In this document: positions 36,901-51,113 of the stretch, one piece after another
Layout of the letters: each line of letters begins with the position of its first letter
Numbering within the stretch: position 1 is the stretch's first letter
NCBI GenBank assembly: GCA_002269645.1
Contig: NIVC01002808.1
Span: forward strand, 13,295-77,294
Direction: 5' to 3'
Length of the DNA: 64,000 nt
Source: Macrostomum lignano
Lineage: Eukaryota
Position numbers and translations under genes: made by a program
The notes under the pieces: model-generated
Database searches by the model: none
What the model was told of the DNA's origin: nothing
The model's input: only the letters and a program-made list of their open reading frames with translations

Positions 36901-37436
36901 GCGAATACGACGGCTGCGACCGCCGCTTCGCCAACAGCTCGGACCGCAAGAAGCACATGCACGTGCACATGAACGACAAGCCCTACTACTGCCGGGTGGG
37001 CGGGTGCGACAAGTCCTACACGCACCCCAGCTCGCTGCGCAAGCACATGCGGGTCCATTCGACCTCGCCCAGCGGCCGGTCTCTTGACGACGACAATGAC
37101 GGAGCGGACGACAGCGTCAGATCGGACGAGTCGGACGGCACCGGCCGGACAGCCGGCGACGGCAAGGGCGGCTCCGGCCAGGTGAAGCCGCCGACGGCCC
37201 AGCAGCAGCAGCAGCGGCGCCGAGCTGCCACCGCAGCGGCCTCCGTCGCTGTCAAAGCCGAGAGGAAGCCGGCCGAGTGGACAAGTTACGTCGAAACGCC
37301 ATCTACTTCGCCGAACGAACCGTCGCCGACTCCGCCGTCGGTGTCCAGTGATTGGACGAGTCCCTACATGGCTATGATGCAGCAGCAGCCGCATCAGCAG
37401 CCGCACTGCAAGCCAGTGCTGTTTCCGGCCTTCTAG
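33914..37436 (+). CDS. Zic: Zic/odd-paired family C2H2 zinc-finger transcription factor, 3 exons
   Basis: Exons 33914-34733, 35209-35403, 36883-37436 (both introns phase 1). Diagnostic peptides: [10 protein letters not shown]...CLWIE (ZF-NC and ZF1), [63 protein letters not shown]|[46 protein letters not shown]. The second intron is at the conserved ZF3-ZF4 position. Confidence 0.97.
34770..35148. repeat. 20-bp minisatellite CTTACTGATCTATAGGCTTC filling Zic intron 1
   Basis: About 19 units. Confidence 0.93.
36555..36857. repeat. 33-bp minisatellite CTCTCAGCATCTCCCTCCCCGGTCGTCACTCCG directly upstream of the Zic exon 3 acceptor
   Basis: 9 units; the last is 32 bp. Confidence 0.95.
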
Positions 37437-38269
37437 GTCACCACGTGTTCAAACCCTGAATTCCAGTTCTGTACAGCTTAATGTACGCGGCTTGATCCAC
37501 TATAATGTCTGCATTTTTATCCGCACCAAGTTGACCTTAGCGCGCACAGTTCCGCAATGCTGTACATTCATAGCATGCAGCCAATTGACAAATACTTGCT
37601 GCCTTCACAGCCCCTGTGCCAGACTTTGCTGTTAGTTCTATCTGTGTTTAGCTTGTAACCTTGTGAATTCCTCACCGCTGTAGCGGTGATTACTGTCCCC
37701 CTTGTTGCTACAGATATGAGAAATAGAGACAAGCAATCCTCAGCGGGGGTGACAAAATTCATTTTGTAAAAACATTTCCTATTTTTCCTTGTCTGCATTC
37801 CTAATTCGCCTGCTTCTGGCCGTTGTGTTGCTGCAGAATCTTCTTCAATCCAGCGATGTCGAGCCCCCCTACTGGCCAGCAACACAGCCGGGGGTCCGGG
37901 GGAGTCGCGGCAGCAGCGGCGGCTCTCCACGGGAGCTCGCAAGGATCTGGCTGGGACCGGCCGTGGGAGCCGCGGCCGGTTGCCTGAAATTGGAGGGGAT
38001 TTTCGGGGCCTCGTTAGAGGGGATCAGCGGCTCCTGACAGATGCTTTCAGCGCAGCCATTCCTGCGCGAGTGGCAACGCAGAGGCGAGCTTGGGGAGGCT
38101 GGGATGGAGGAGCCAATTTGTGCAACTGACGCAGTTCATGGGGATCGTGTCAATCAAGCGGTGGGGCTGGGGAAGGCAGAGGGATTTCCGGGAAACGATG
38201 GGAACTGGGGGGAGACAAGTGCGCGAGAGGCTCATCAGCTGGCCGACATTACTGCCTTAATAAACTTGG

Positions 38270-39854
<1,585 letters not shown>

Positions 39855-40361
39855 CACTGCTTCAGTCCCTTATTTCGAGCTCCCGTCATTGAAAAACAAG
39901 CTGGGACCAGCAGCAGCAGCAGCAACCCAATTAACGCGATAACCAAAGCAGAAAAAGCAACTGAAGCAAATTGAAGTGCCTTGCGAATTTTGGCCATTTT
40001 CGGCACAGCCATAGGCAGCATATAAGCGATGTGAAGTGGCCACTTGAAAAGTCCGAATGCTTCATGACCCGCAGCTCTGAGCGGCGTGGTTAGGAAATGT
40101 TGAGCCTACTCGAATTAAGAGAAGGCAGCAGCGCCTCATTCTGGCTGGCAACTACCAGAAATTGCCGTTCACCACTGTTGCGGCTTTTTATTAATAAAAA
40201 TCTGAAAACTGAAGCTTCTGTCATGCAGGTAAGGCTACTCCAGTTACGTAATCTACACGTGCGTCTGCCCGCTGTGGGGAGTGCCGCACTTATTTGTATT
40301 TGTTTACCTGAGCAACTCTTCAGTTAATTGTTTAGCTATCAGTTTGTGCGTCTAAATACTC

Positions 40362-40783
40362 ACCAGTGTGTCTGAATACGAGCTTCTCACCTGTGTGTCT
40401 ATATACACTCACCTGTGTGTCTATATACACTCACCTGTGTGTCTGAATACGAGCTTCTCACCTGTGTGTCTATATACACTCACCTGTGTGTCTATATACA
40501 CTCACCTGTGTGTCTATATACACTCACATGTGTGTCTGAATACGAGCTTCTCACCTGTGTGTCTGAATACGAGCTTCTCACCTGTGTGTCTATATACACT
40601 CACCTGTGTGTCTATATACACTCACCTGTGTGTCTGAATACGAGCTTCTCACCTGTGTGTCTATATATACTCACCTGTGTGTCTAAATACTCACCTGGGT
40701 GTCTGAATACTCACCTGTGTGTCTGAATACTCACCTGTGTGTCTGAATACTCACCTGTGTGTCTAAATACTCACCTGTGTGTC
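40362..40783. repeat. Minisatellite with CTCACCTGTGTGTCT core (about 17 copies)
   Basis: 20-26-bp units. Confidence 0.93.
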
Positions 40784-41244
40784 CAAAATGCATACTCTTC
40801 AGCCCAAACTTACTCGAGACTTAGCGCGGCAGAGCCCTGAGCTGCTGATCGGCAGCAATCTCTTGCAGTCCGTGACTGACAGGTCCCGGATGCGGGGCTG
40901 GCGGGCCCAAACAGCAGCTGCTTCGTCGTCAACTGTGACAACATCATCTTTGCCGGCTCCATTCCTGCAGCGCACCAACAAGTTTGGCTAAACAGCCCCC
41001 CATGTTTATGCTTTCCCCGCCTTGTCCGCCTCATCTGTGTATTCAATCTTGGTCAGCAGTGCCCAAAACCGGACCTCAGCATCGGGAACTAATCATAATC
41101 TGTTTCAGTTCACCAAAACTGCTAAAGAAAATCAATGCCAAAAATGTTTTGCTGAATTTCTTCCGGCTCTGTCTGCAGCTGCTAGCCACCTGAGTCACCG
41201 CCTCAGCTGCATGCATCTCTCATCTACACTCAGTATCGACTTCT

Positions 41245-41650
41245 CCCTCTCTGCCTCCCTCTCACCCTGCCTCTCTCTCACCTTGCCTCCCTCTCACCCT
41301 GCCTCCCTCTCACCCTGCCTTCCTCTCACCCTGCCTCCCTCTCACCCTGCCTCCCTCTCACCCTGCCTTCCTCTCACTCTGCCCCAGCTCACCCTGCCTC
41401 TCTCACCCTGCCTCTCTCTCACCCTGCCTCCCTTTCACCCTGCCTCTCTCTTACCCTACCTCTCTCTCACCCTGCCTCCCTTTCACCCTGCCTCTCTCTT
41501 ACCCTACCTCTCTCTCACTCTGCCTTCCTCTCACCCTGCCTCGCTCTCACCCTGCCTCCCTCTCACCCTGCCTTTCTCACCCTGCCTCCCTCTCACCCTG
41601 CCTCTCTTTCTCACCCTGCCTCCCTCTCACCCTGCCTCTCTTTCTCACCC
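41245..41650. repeat. Pyrimidine-rich repeat CTCTCACCCTGCCTCC-type
   Basis: Direct reading. Confidence 0.9.
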
Positions 41651-42315
41651 TCTTCTTCCACAGCTGATTGCGGTGAACAAAGCCCAGAGTATTTTAAGTG
41701 GGTCCCAGCCAGAGCACCACTTCTACTTCAACAGACACACATGGTCAGCAGCTGATTGCTAGCATAGCCATCTTCCTCAGCTGCCTCATCCATGACTGTG
41801 ACGCAATCCCAGCAAGTCACTCTCTCCCTCTGTTTCTTCCTATTCGAAGAGTCAAGAAGTTTATTTGTTTGCACTGAGTCTGGCAAGAGGGAGGAGCCTT
41901 CGCGTCTTTATTAGAGACTAGTCTTGACCCCTGATTTCAGGTGTTTATTGTGCATATCGGCCGGCCCGCTTCTCGAATGGCGAGAGGCGCCGCACAAACC
42001 CGCGAAGTGGGGGCGGCCCACTCGGTCAGCAGGATTCTGGCAGACTAATGATAACACGACTAGGACATGTCAATCAGCTGACCGCGCTACTGCAGAAAAG
42101 AGATGGGGAGTGGGAGACATCGGAGATAAACAACACAGTGCGGGACCGTGGCGTGAAACCGGGCTGGCTTTGGGGCACTTGAACTGGACCCAACATAAGT
42201 GCTGACATCTGCGGACAAGGGACCCGGTGTGCGGTGACAATCGACTTCTTTTTAGCTCTTACACTGCACTCCTGCTCTGACCAATTACACCTCTTCATTT
42301 TTTTCATCTGCAGTA

Positions 42316-42316
42316 A

Positions 42317-42397
<81 letters not shown>
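42316..42397. repeat. (TAGA)n microsatellite
   Basis: Direct reading. Confidence 0.95.
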
Positions 42398-43059
42398 GCA
42401 TCCTGTAGCAGAAAGCTGTCTCTTTCAAAAGCAGCAAACAAGCACCGGAAATTCTGCAACAGTCACGCTTCAGGCGGAGAATTACTCTCGTGAAAAGCAA
42501 AACCCGGTCAAACCAGCGGCTTGCCACATGAATAGCGGGACCCCCGCTGAGAGGCGCTGAGAACTGCTCATAGTTATGATTATTATTAATTCCCAATCTG
42601 CTTTGCCAGCTATTTTCGAAAGTAATCACGTTTTGAGTCCCATTGCTAATACTCACTTGGCTAATAATTCTTGGTCATTCACACTTCATCAGTCAAACTA
42701 ATATATAAGAATAATTTTATTCGAACCCGTTGGTTAGTGACTCAGTGAGACCCATACTCCATCATCAGGTGATTCACCTAGAGTCTCTGAGTAGGGCTGG
42801 ATAGGGAGGAGAGAGAGAGGACCCGTCAAAATTTTGAGCACGAGTCTGCCATGAAAGAGCAAAGACTCCAAATTGTGGTGGGGGCGAGGAGGATGAAGGC
42901 AGCTGGGGAGTCAGAGAGTTGAGATGGAGGTTAATTATTTCTTAATGCTGCTTCCTGACGTGCCGCATCCGGTGATGGAGGGCCTTCCACATCAGGTGGG
43001 AAGAGGAGGCGGCGCGTTTTGTTGCGATTCGGACAGTGCTTTTGACTTTTGACTTTTGA

Positions 43060-43522
43060 CTGACTGACGACTGACTGACTGACTGACTGACTGACTGACT
43101 GACTGACTGACTGACTGACTGACTGACTGACTGACTGACTGACTGACTGACTGACTGACTGACTGACTGACTGACTGACTGACTGACTGACTGACTGACT
43201 GACTGACTGACTGACTGACTGACTGACTGACTGACTGACTGACTGACTGACTGACTGACTGACTGACTGACTGACTGACTGACTGACTGACTGACTGACT
43301 GACTGACTGACTGACTGACTGACTGACTGACTGACTGACTGACTGACTGACTGACTGACTGACTGACTGACTGACTGACTGACTGACTGACTGACTGACT
43401 GACTGACTGACTGACTGACTGACTGACTGACTGACTGACTGACTGACTGACTGACTGACTGACTGACTGACTGACTGACTGACTGACTGACTGACTGACT
43501 GACTGACTGACTGACTGACTGA
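43060..43522. repeat. (GACT)n microsatellite
   Basis: Direct reading. Confidence 0.98.
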
Positions 43523-43957
43523 TAAACCCTCAAGTGATGGCGAGTTAAGAAGCATTTTTTGAAACTTTAGACAATCTAATATACAAAAAATAGTTTGTTA
43601 TTTTTCAGATTTTTACAATAATACTTGCAAACGAAGTTACTTTCTATTTATTCTATTTATTATATATTTTTTAATATAAAAAACGACAATAAGTACTTTG
43701 AGTAGTGAAAAAGCGAAGGCAGGAAATGTAAACTGCTTGAACAGTATAGCTGGGAAATGCTAAGCCAACTGAGTGTGTTTTAGTAGATAATTCTAAGGCT
43801 CATATAAGTATCTATGGAATGGATATGATTGGGATTACAGGTGTCTGAGGAAGAGATGAGACGGAGGCAGCGTCAGAGGTGATCTCAATGCATAAGGAGA
43901 ATTTCGCCTCAAACATGAGCAGTCAGCATCAGTAAGACATAACTGATTCCGTCAAGT

Positions 43958-46900
43958 TCAATAGCCAAACACCTGTGTCGTAGCAGAGGTGATGTCGCGC
44001 GAGCAGCTGTCAGCGACGGAGTCTGACGCCAGGCGGCCTCGGCAGGCCCGGCACTGAATGCTGGCCGCTGCAGCTGCCGCAGGGTCTGCTGGCACCGAGT
44101 CATCGACGCCGAGCTCCGCAGTCAGCGTGGGCGATCGAGATCGTGGCAAAGGCTTGGCAACTGGCTGAGGCTGAGCAGTGAGCAGCGCTGGCGTCGGCTG
44201 TGGGCGGGACAGCTGGAACTCGACCAGGGACCAAGACTGCAGAGCAGACAGCACCAGCTGCAGAGCGAATTGAGAGTGCACTGCGGGACGGCGAGGGCGA
44301 GGGAGTGGAGGGGGGCTCAGGAAACATGGTAGTAGTTAATGGCTTGTGAGACATTCAACGAGAACTTTAGGGATACTTCAGGAAAAAATATGGAAAAATG
44401 GGAATATAAATCACAACTGAGGCATTGCATGATCTCAACATGCACCGGAGACAGGATTGTGTGGCAATAAAATGGGGATCAGTGATCTATTTGGGGAATA
44501 AAACAGTGATCGATTTGGGGAATAAAACTGTAATCTACTTGGGGATTAAAACGGGGATCAATAATCTACTTGGGGAATAAACTTGGATAAATGACCCACT
44601 TAGGAATAAAATGGGGATAAATGACCCACTTAGGAATAAAATGGGGCCACTTGGTAAATAAACTGGGGATCAGTAATCTACTAAGGGAATAAAACGAGGA
44701 TCAATGATCTACTAGAGGAATAAAACGGGGTTCAATGATCTACTAGGGGAATAAAACGGGGATCAATGATCTACTAAGGGAATAAAACGGGGATCAATGA
44801 TCTACTAAGGGAATAAAACGGGGATCAATGATCTACTAGAGGAATAAAACGGGGTTCAATGATCTACTAGGGGAATAAAACGGGGATCAATGATCTACTA
44901 AGGGAATAAAACGGGGATCAATGATCTACTAAGGGAATAAAACGGGGATCAATGATATACTAAGGGAATAAAACGGGGATTAATGATCTACTAGGGGAAA
45001 AAACGGGGATCAATGATCTACTAGGGGAATAAAACGAGGACAATGATCTACTAGGGGAAAAAACGAGGACAATGATCTACTAGGGGAAAAAACGGGGATC
45101 AATGATCTACTAGGAACTAGGGGAATAAAACGGGGATCAATGATCTACTAGGGGAAAAAACGAGGACAATGATCTACTAGGGGAAAAAACGGGGATCAAT
45201 GATCTACTAGGAACTAGGGGAATAAAACGGGGATCAATGATCTACTAGGGGAAAAAACGAGGACAATGATCTACTAGGGGAAAAAACGGGGATCAATGAT
45301 CTACTAGGAACTAGGGGAATAAAACGGGGATCAATGATCTACTCAGGGAATAAGACGGGGATCAATAATCTACTCAGGGAATAAAAGGAGGGATCAGGGA
45401 GAGAATACTTTAGGAGATGGGGACCCCCAGGCTTATGCCACAGACCACTCCAAACTGGCCGCAAATTATGCCACACAAGGAGACAATGCGCAAGTGAGAG
45501 AGCGGACTCAACAGCCACTCACCAGCGATCTCAGCGGCATTGGCGCCATCAGCCTTCCAGAAGTCGGCGACGTAAGCGGCGCTGTGCAGCCCCATCTGGG
45601 CGAGGCAGGCGCCGGCCAGCGGAACGAACTTGGCGCCAAGCCGGTAGCCGGGAAGCAGCGGCGGCCGGCGGCAGCAGCGGGCGACGAGGGCGACTGCGGC
45701 GAGGCTGCCGGCCAGGCGGGAGGCAGCGGCGAGGCCGCGCAGCCAGACGAGCCAGCCCTCCAGCGGGGGCTGCCAGGGCGGCTGCGGATCCGACCGGAGC
45801 TGCTGAGGCGGCCGGGCGCCGCCGTTGTCCAGCAGGATGGCAGCCGACACCGCCAGGTTGCAGCAGTGGAACAGCTGGCCCTGGCGCACCAGAGCCCGCG
45901 CCGTCAGCAGCTGGAATCTGGCAGTGGTGGCGCATCTTGCCCTGGGGGAGACTGGAAGCTAACTGGGGACAGTGGGGATGGCGGGGACGGTAGGGATGAT
46001 GGGATGATGGGGATGGTGGGGATGGTGTGGATGGTGGGGATGGTGGGGATGGTGGGGATGATGGGGATGGTGGGGATGGTGGGGATGGTGGGGATGGTGG
46101 GGATGGTGGGGATGGTGGGGATGGTGGGGATGGTGGGGATGATGGGATGATGGGGATGGTGGGGATGATTGGGATGGTGGGAATGGTGGGGATGGTGGGG
46201 ATGGTGGGGATGGTGGGGATGGTGGGGATGATGGGATGATGGGGATGGTGGGGATGATTGGGATGGTGGGAATGGTGGGGATGGTGAGGATGATGGGGAT
46301 GATGGGGATGGTGGGGATGATGGGGATGGTGGGGATGGTGGAGATGATGGGGATGGTGGGGATGATGGGGATGGTGGGGATGATGGGGATGGTGGGGATG
46401 GTGGGGATGGTGGGGATGATGGGGATGATGGGGATGGTGGGAATGGTGGGGATGGTGGGGATGGTGGGAATGGTGGGGATGGTGGGGATGAACAATGAGA
46501 GTAATAGAGAGATGGTGGGGATGGTGGGGATGGTGGGGATGATGGGGATGGTGAGGATGATGGGATGATGGGGATGGTGGGGATGGTGGGGATGGTGGGG
46601 ATGGTGGGGATGGTGGGGATGGTGGGGATGATGGGGATGATGGGGATGGTGGGAATGGTGGGGATGGTGGGGATGGTGGGAATGGTGGGGATGGTGGGGA
46701 TGAACAATGAGAGTAATAGAGAGATGGTGGGGATGGTGGGGATGGTGGGGATGATGGGGATGGTGAGGATGATGGGATGATGGGGATGGTGGGGATGGTG
46801 GGGATGGTGGGGATGGTGGGGATGGTGGGGATGGTGGGGATGGTGGGGATGAACAGTGAGAGTAATAGAGAGTAAGCAGGGAGCGAGTGGGATAGTGGGC

Positions 46901-48893
46901 AGGGAGGGGTTGGGATAATGGGAGGGGTTGGGATAATGTGCAGGGGTTGGGATAATGGGAGGGAGGGGTTGGGATAGTGGGTAGGGAGGGGTTGGGATAG
47001 TGGGCAGGGAGGGGTTGGGATAGTGGGCAGGGAGGGGTTGGGATAGTGGGCAGGGAGGGGTTGGGATAGTGGGCAGGGAGGGGTTGGGATAGTGGGCAGG
47101 GAGGGGTTGGGATAGTGGGCAGGGAGGGGTTGGGATAGTGGGCAGGGAGGGGTTGGGATAGTGGGCAGGGAGGGGTTGGGATAGTGGGCAGGGAGGGGTT
47201 GGGATAGTGGGCAGGGAGGGGTTGGGATAGTGGGCAGGGAGGGGTTGGGATAGTGGGCAGGGAGGGGTTGGGATAGTGGGCAGGGAGGGGTTGGGATAGT
47301 GGGCAGGGAGGGGTTGGGATAGTGGGCAGGGAGGGGTTGGGATAGTGGGCAGGGAGGGGTTGGGATAGTGGGCAGGGAGGGGTTGGGATAGTGGGCAGGG
47401 AGGGGTTGGGATAGTGGGCAGGGAGGGGTTGGGATAGTGGGCAGGGAGGGGTTGGGATAGTGGGCAGGGAGGGGTTGGGATAGTGGGCAGGGAGGGGTTG
47501 GGATAGTGGGCAGGGAGGGGTTGGGATAGTGGGCAGGGAGGGGTTGGGATAGTGGGCAGGGAGGGGTTGGGATAGTGGGCTGGGAGGGGTTGGGATAGTG
47601 GGCAGGGAGGGGTTGGGATAGTGGGCAGGGAGGGGTTGGGATAGTGGGCAGGGAGGGGTTGGGATAGTGGGCAGGGAGGGGTTGGGATAGTGGGCAGGGA
47701 GTGAGTCGTGAGTGGGATAATTGGGAGAATTAGCCAGATTCGAGCCCCTTACCTACTCCAAAGCGGCTTGGTCCTGAGCACGGCAACCCGCGCGCTGTCT
47801 TCGCAGCCAGTCTGGTCGGCGAGGGCGCGCCGGGGGCCCAGAATGAAGCGAATAGCGCCGAATTTGAAGGCCAGAAGATTTGCCAACTCGTTAAAAGCGA
47901 CCATGGAATACCTGAAAATTAGTTCAAGTATTTCTGCTTATTTACCTAGTTTACAGGTGTCATAAATTAATAAGCGGCAAACTCACGCTGCCATCAGCAC
48001 GTGCATGAACTCGGCCGATTTTGGCACCAGTATTGCCAAACAAATCAGCCATTGGTACACCTGGAGGGCAGGTTGGGAGTGCATCAGGTTCAGGTATTTC
48101 CTTTTACTAGTGATAATGGAATGAAATAATTGAATAGTTTTAAGACGTCCAACAGACAAGGTAAAACGTAAACAAGGTGAAAAGTGAAGTGCTTGCGCCG
48201 TCGGCTAATAAAAAACTGCATTTTTCTACTATTATCAGTAGCAAAAGTAGCGTGTTTTATATTTTTAATGAAATAAAAACTATAAAATCTGTGGGGTACT
48301 GCTGTAAGAATTTCATTTTTAATAACGCAGCAATACGCTCAGCTACTCAGATACACGCACCGGAAACAGGGCGGTCAGGTTTGAGGCCAGGGTCAGGTGA
48401 GAATGCGACAGGCGGTCTCTGACCATGGCGCCCATGCGAGTGGCGTACAGGCAGGCGCCGGCCGCGGCCAGGGTCAGGCAGACTGCGGTCTCCGCTTTGC
48501 CCACCGTTGGCAGGGCTGCAGTGAATAAATGGAAAATGGGAATCAGTGTTTAGTTAGGCGTGGGATCGGTATACAATCTGGCACAACCTGACACTCACTG
48601 GCTGACACAACCTGACACTCACTGGCTAACACAACCTGACACCCACAGGCTGACACAACCTGACACAACCTGACACTCACTGGGTGACACAACCTGACAC
48701 TCACTGGCTGACACAACCTGACACCCACAGGTTGACACAACCTGACACCAACTGGCTGACAGTCCAACTAAACCTGACACACGCTGGCTGGCTGACAGTG
48801 ACAATCCAGAACAACCTAACACGCTGACACTCTCAAGTGACAACACAATGGAAATTAATGCTATTTACTTTGTGTATAAAATTTGACAGACAT
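43958..48893 (-). CDS. Organic solute transporter alpha-like (OST-alpha/SLC51A, Solute_trans_a family) multi-pass membrane protein
   Basis: Phase-consistent exons 48361-48515, 47987-48060, 47753-47911, 45523-45941, 43958-44280, plus a tentative first exon 48869-48893 (MSVKFYTQ). Peptides LPTVGK, LFPVYQWLICLAILVPKS and GYRLGAKFVPL resemble OST-alpha (CLWIPRS, QNMGAKFALFQ) from memory. Confidence 0.65.
44480..45390. repeat. ~29-30-bp minisatellite GGGAATAAAACGGGGATCAATGATCTACTA
   Basis: About 28 units in the last intron of the OST-alpha-like gene. Confidence 0.93.
45985..46850. repeat. (GGGGATGGT/GGGGATGAT)n 9-bp repeat
   Basis: Direct reading; contains a duplicated GAACAATGAGAGTAATAGAGA marker. 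Confidence 0.95.
46895..47700. repeat. 23-bp G-rich minisatellite GGGAGGGGTTGGGATAGTGGGCA
   Basis: About 32 near-perfect units. Confidence 0.97.
48570..48830. repeat. Degenerate minisatellite CTGACACAACCTGACACTCACTGG-type
   Basis: Same family as 57518-58398. Confidence 0.85.
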
Positions 48894-51113
48894 CACGACA
48901 CTTCAGCATAATCTGACGCAGTCTGACTAGCATTCTAACAGTCTGACCTGAAACACTAAAGCATACTAAACAGTAAACACCAACAATCAAAGTTAATCTG
49001 AGACGATGCTTTATTAAAGGAAGTCTTGGTCTCGGTTTGTACCATTCTGCTTAAAAAAGCAGGATTTTTAACACCCCTACACAGCAAGACTCACTTGTAA
49101 TGTAAGCCAGACCGCTCTGCGCTTCCACATCTGAAGAAGCAGGCGGTGTTCCGTTCGTGACTTGGCCAGATTGGCACAGTGGGGGTTGCTGTCCCATTGC
49201 ATTGATTTTAGGCTTTGGTGGATTGAAGGCGCAGTTCTACTCAGAAGTGAGAACTCATTAATTAACTTAAATATTTCCACCCTGGACTATCAATTATCTG
49301 CTGAACTATCGGCTATTTTAATTGCTTTTAATCGTGGTCCGGTTGATTTAGCCTGGGCGTGCCTAGGCGTCTGGCTCAGAAGATTGGGGTGGTTGTAGCC
49401 GATGTACATAGCCAGAGCCAATGTACATTAAATCTCTAACCCTCCCCCGCATGTACAAAGGACGGGCCACTTTCTCTTTTACTACTTTACCAGGAGTCTT
49501 TACCCCAAACCGTTCACCCCGTGCACAATCAAATTAGGCAACGTTTCACGCGCAATGTTCAAGGCCATGCAAATTGGTGTACAAGTTGGATGTTTAGTCC
49601 ACAGAGCCACAGAAAGTTCTGCGGTTTAGCCTTCATTGATTATAGTGAACGAGAACCGAGTGCAAACGAAAAATGAATACAGTAAGCATAATATTCTATT
49701 TGATTTTGTTTGCGAGCTACATACGGGGCTTAGAACTAATTTATGATTTAAACAAAACATTCTGAAGTTTTTTGTTTCTTCACAACATTAAGTTTTTTTG
49801 TTTTGTTTCTGAACATTCTGAAGATACCGGATTTTTCATCGTTTTTTGATATTTCATAAACGGGAAATTGTATAGTAATTGTTTTTTATATGTTATACAT
49901 TTCCATATACTAATGCAATGGTTTGCATAGGTGCTTGCAACTTATGCAAACCAGCTTTAGTGACCAGCCACCCCCTGCCTTTGTGCATCTGTTTAGGGCA
50001 TGCTGTACTTAGCCCCACCCCCTCCGCTGGCTATTTAGCACGCCGTTTCAGCGTTGCGCTCAGTGTTCTCGCTGCTATAATTTTTTCTAAATTTTTCTAA
50101 ATAAGTTGTTATAAAAGCGAAAGACGCGAAAATAAAACATTTTTAATATGCGTCCTGACTTGTAACGACTATAGCTTTTCAAATTATTAATTTTAATTAC
50201 TAACTGATTTGTTACACTTTCCTAGAATTTTTTATAAACGACTATATTTCAGCATCAACCATGATGAATACTTATCAGGATGCCATGAAGAAGATGATAT
50301 ATTACTAAATCATCATTGACATTGGAGAGGGACGCCCGCCCATTGCTCTTGATATGGTTCCCACGAAAAATTATTCAAACTGGAATGAACAAAAAAATTT
50401 ATTTAGTCAAATAAGTCTTTTTTAAATAAATATATGAAAACGTACGTGCTCAAGCATCCACTGGGAGCTCTTATTCCAAAATTTATTCGGAACACTCATT
50501 CTAAAGCCATTAATTGTTTTGTTGGAAGAAAAGTTTGCTATTTTGTTTGCTAGATGGCCTAGGTTAATAATGCGACATGCTGTCGGATTACAAAAGTGAG
50601 CCTTTAGCAGCGAATATTGTTATTTCTCACGGAAAGTCCGCATTAAAAACTGCAATTAACATAAATGAAAAACAGAGATCTATAAATAGTATTCCGAAAT
50701 CTGAGTGCGTATGCAATAAATTCATTTGCAGAGACAGGTGTACAAATTAATATTTTTTCTGGTAAACTCGGGCTTTTGTCATAGTTTCAGCAGGCCACTA
50801 GTCGGAGTTGTCTTCATCTCTTTCGGCGAATATTTACACTGAAAATAGTTGTCAAAAACACTCCCCAGTGACTAAAGTGCTGCAAAACAATGCATAAAGT
50901 TTAAAGCGGTGTTTACGCCGCGTGAGAGCAGCCACCAGCAGTGCAGAGGCGACTCGAAGCAAGAAAAAACTGTTGCCTTCATTTAGCCAGCCAGCCTCAA
51001 CCCCTCTGTTTTCGAATGAGAGCTCGTATATTGTCTCTGCTTACACTCAGCCGCCCATAAAAACAAGCTTCATCTCAGAGTGAATTATTTAGACAACCGA
51101 CAATTTAGCGCTC

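Noticed and set aside
42931-43040. Possible terminal exon of the OST-alpha-like gene (HCPNRNKTRRLLFPP...)
   Set aside because: It would be in phase, but the acceptor lacks a pyrimidine tract and the upstream exon already ends in a stop.
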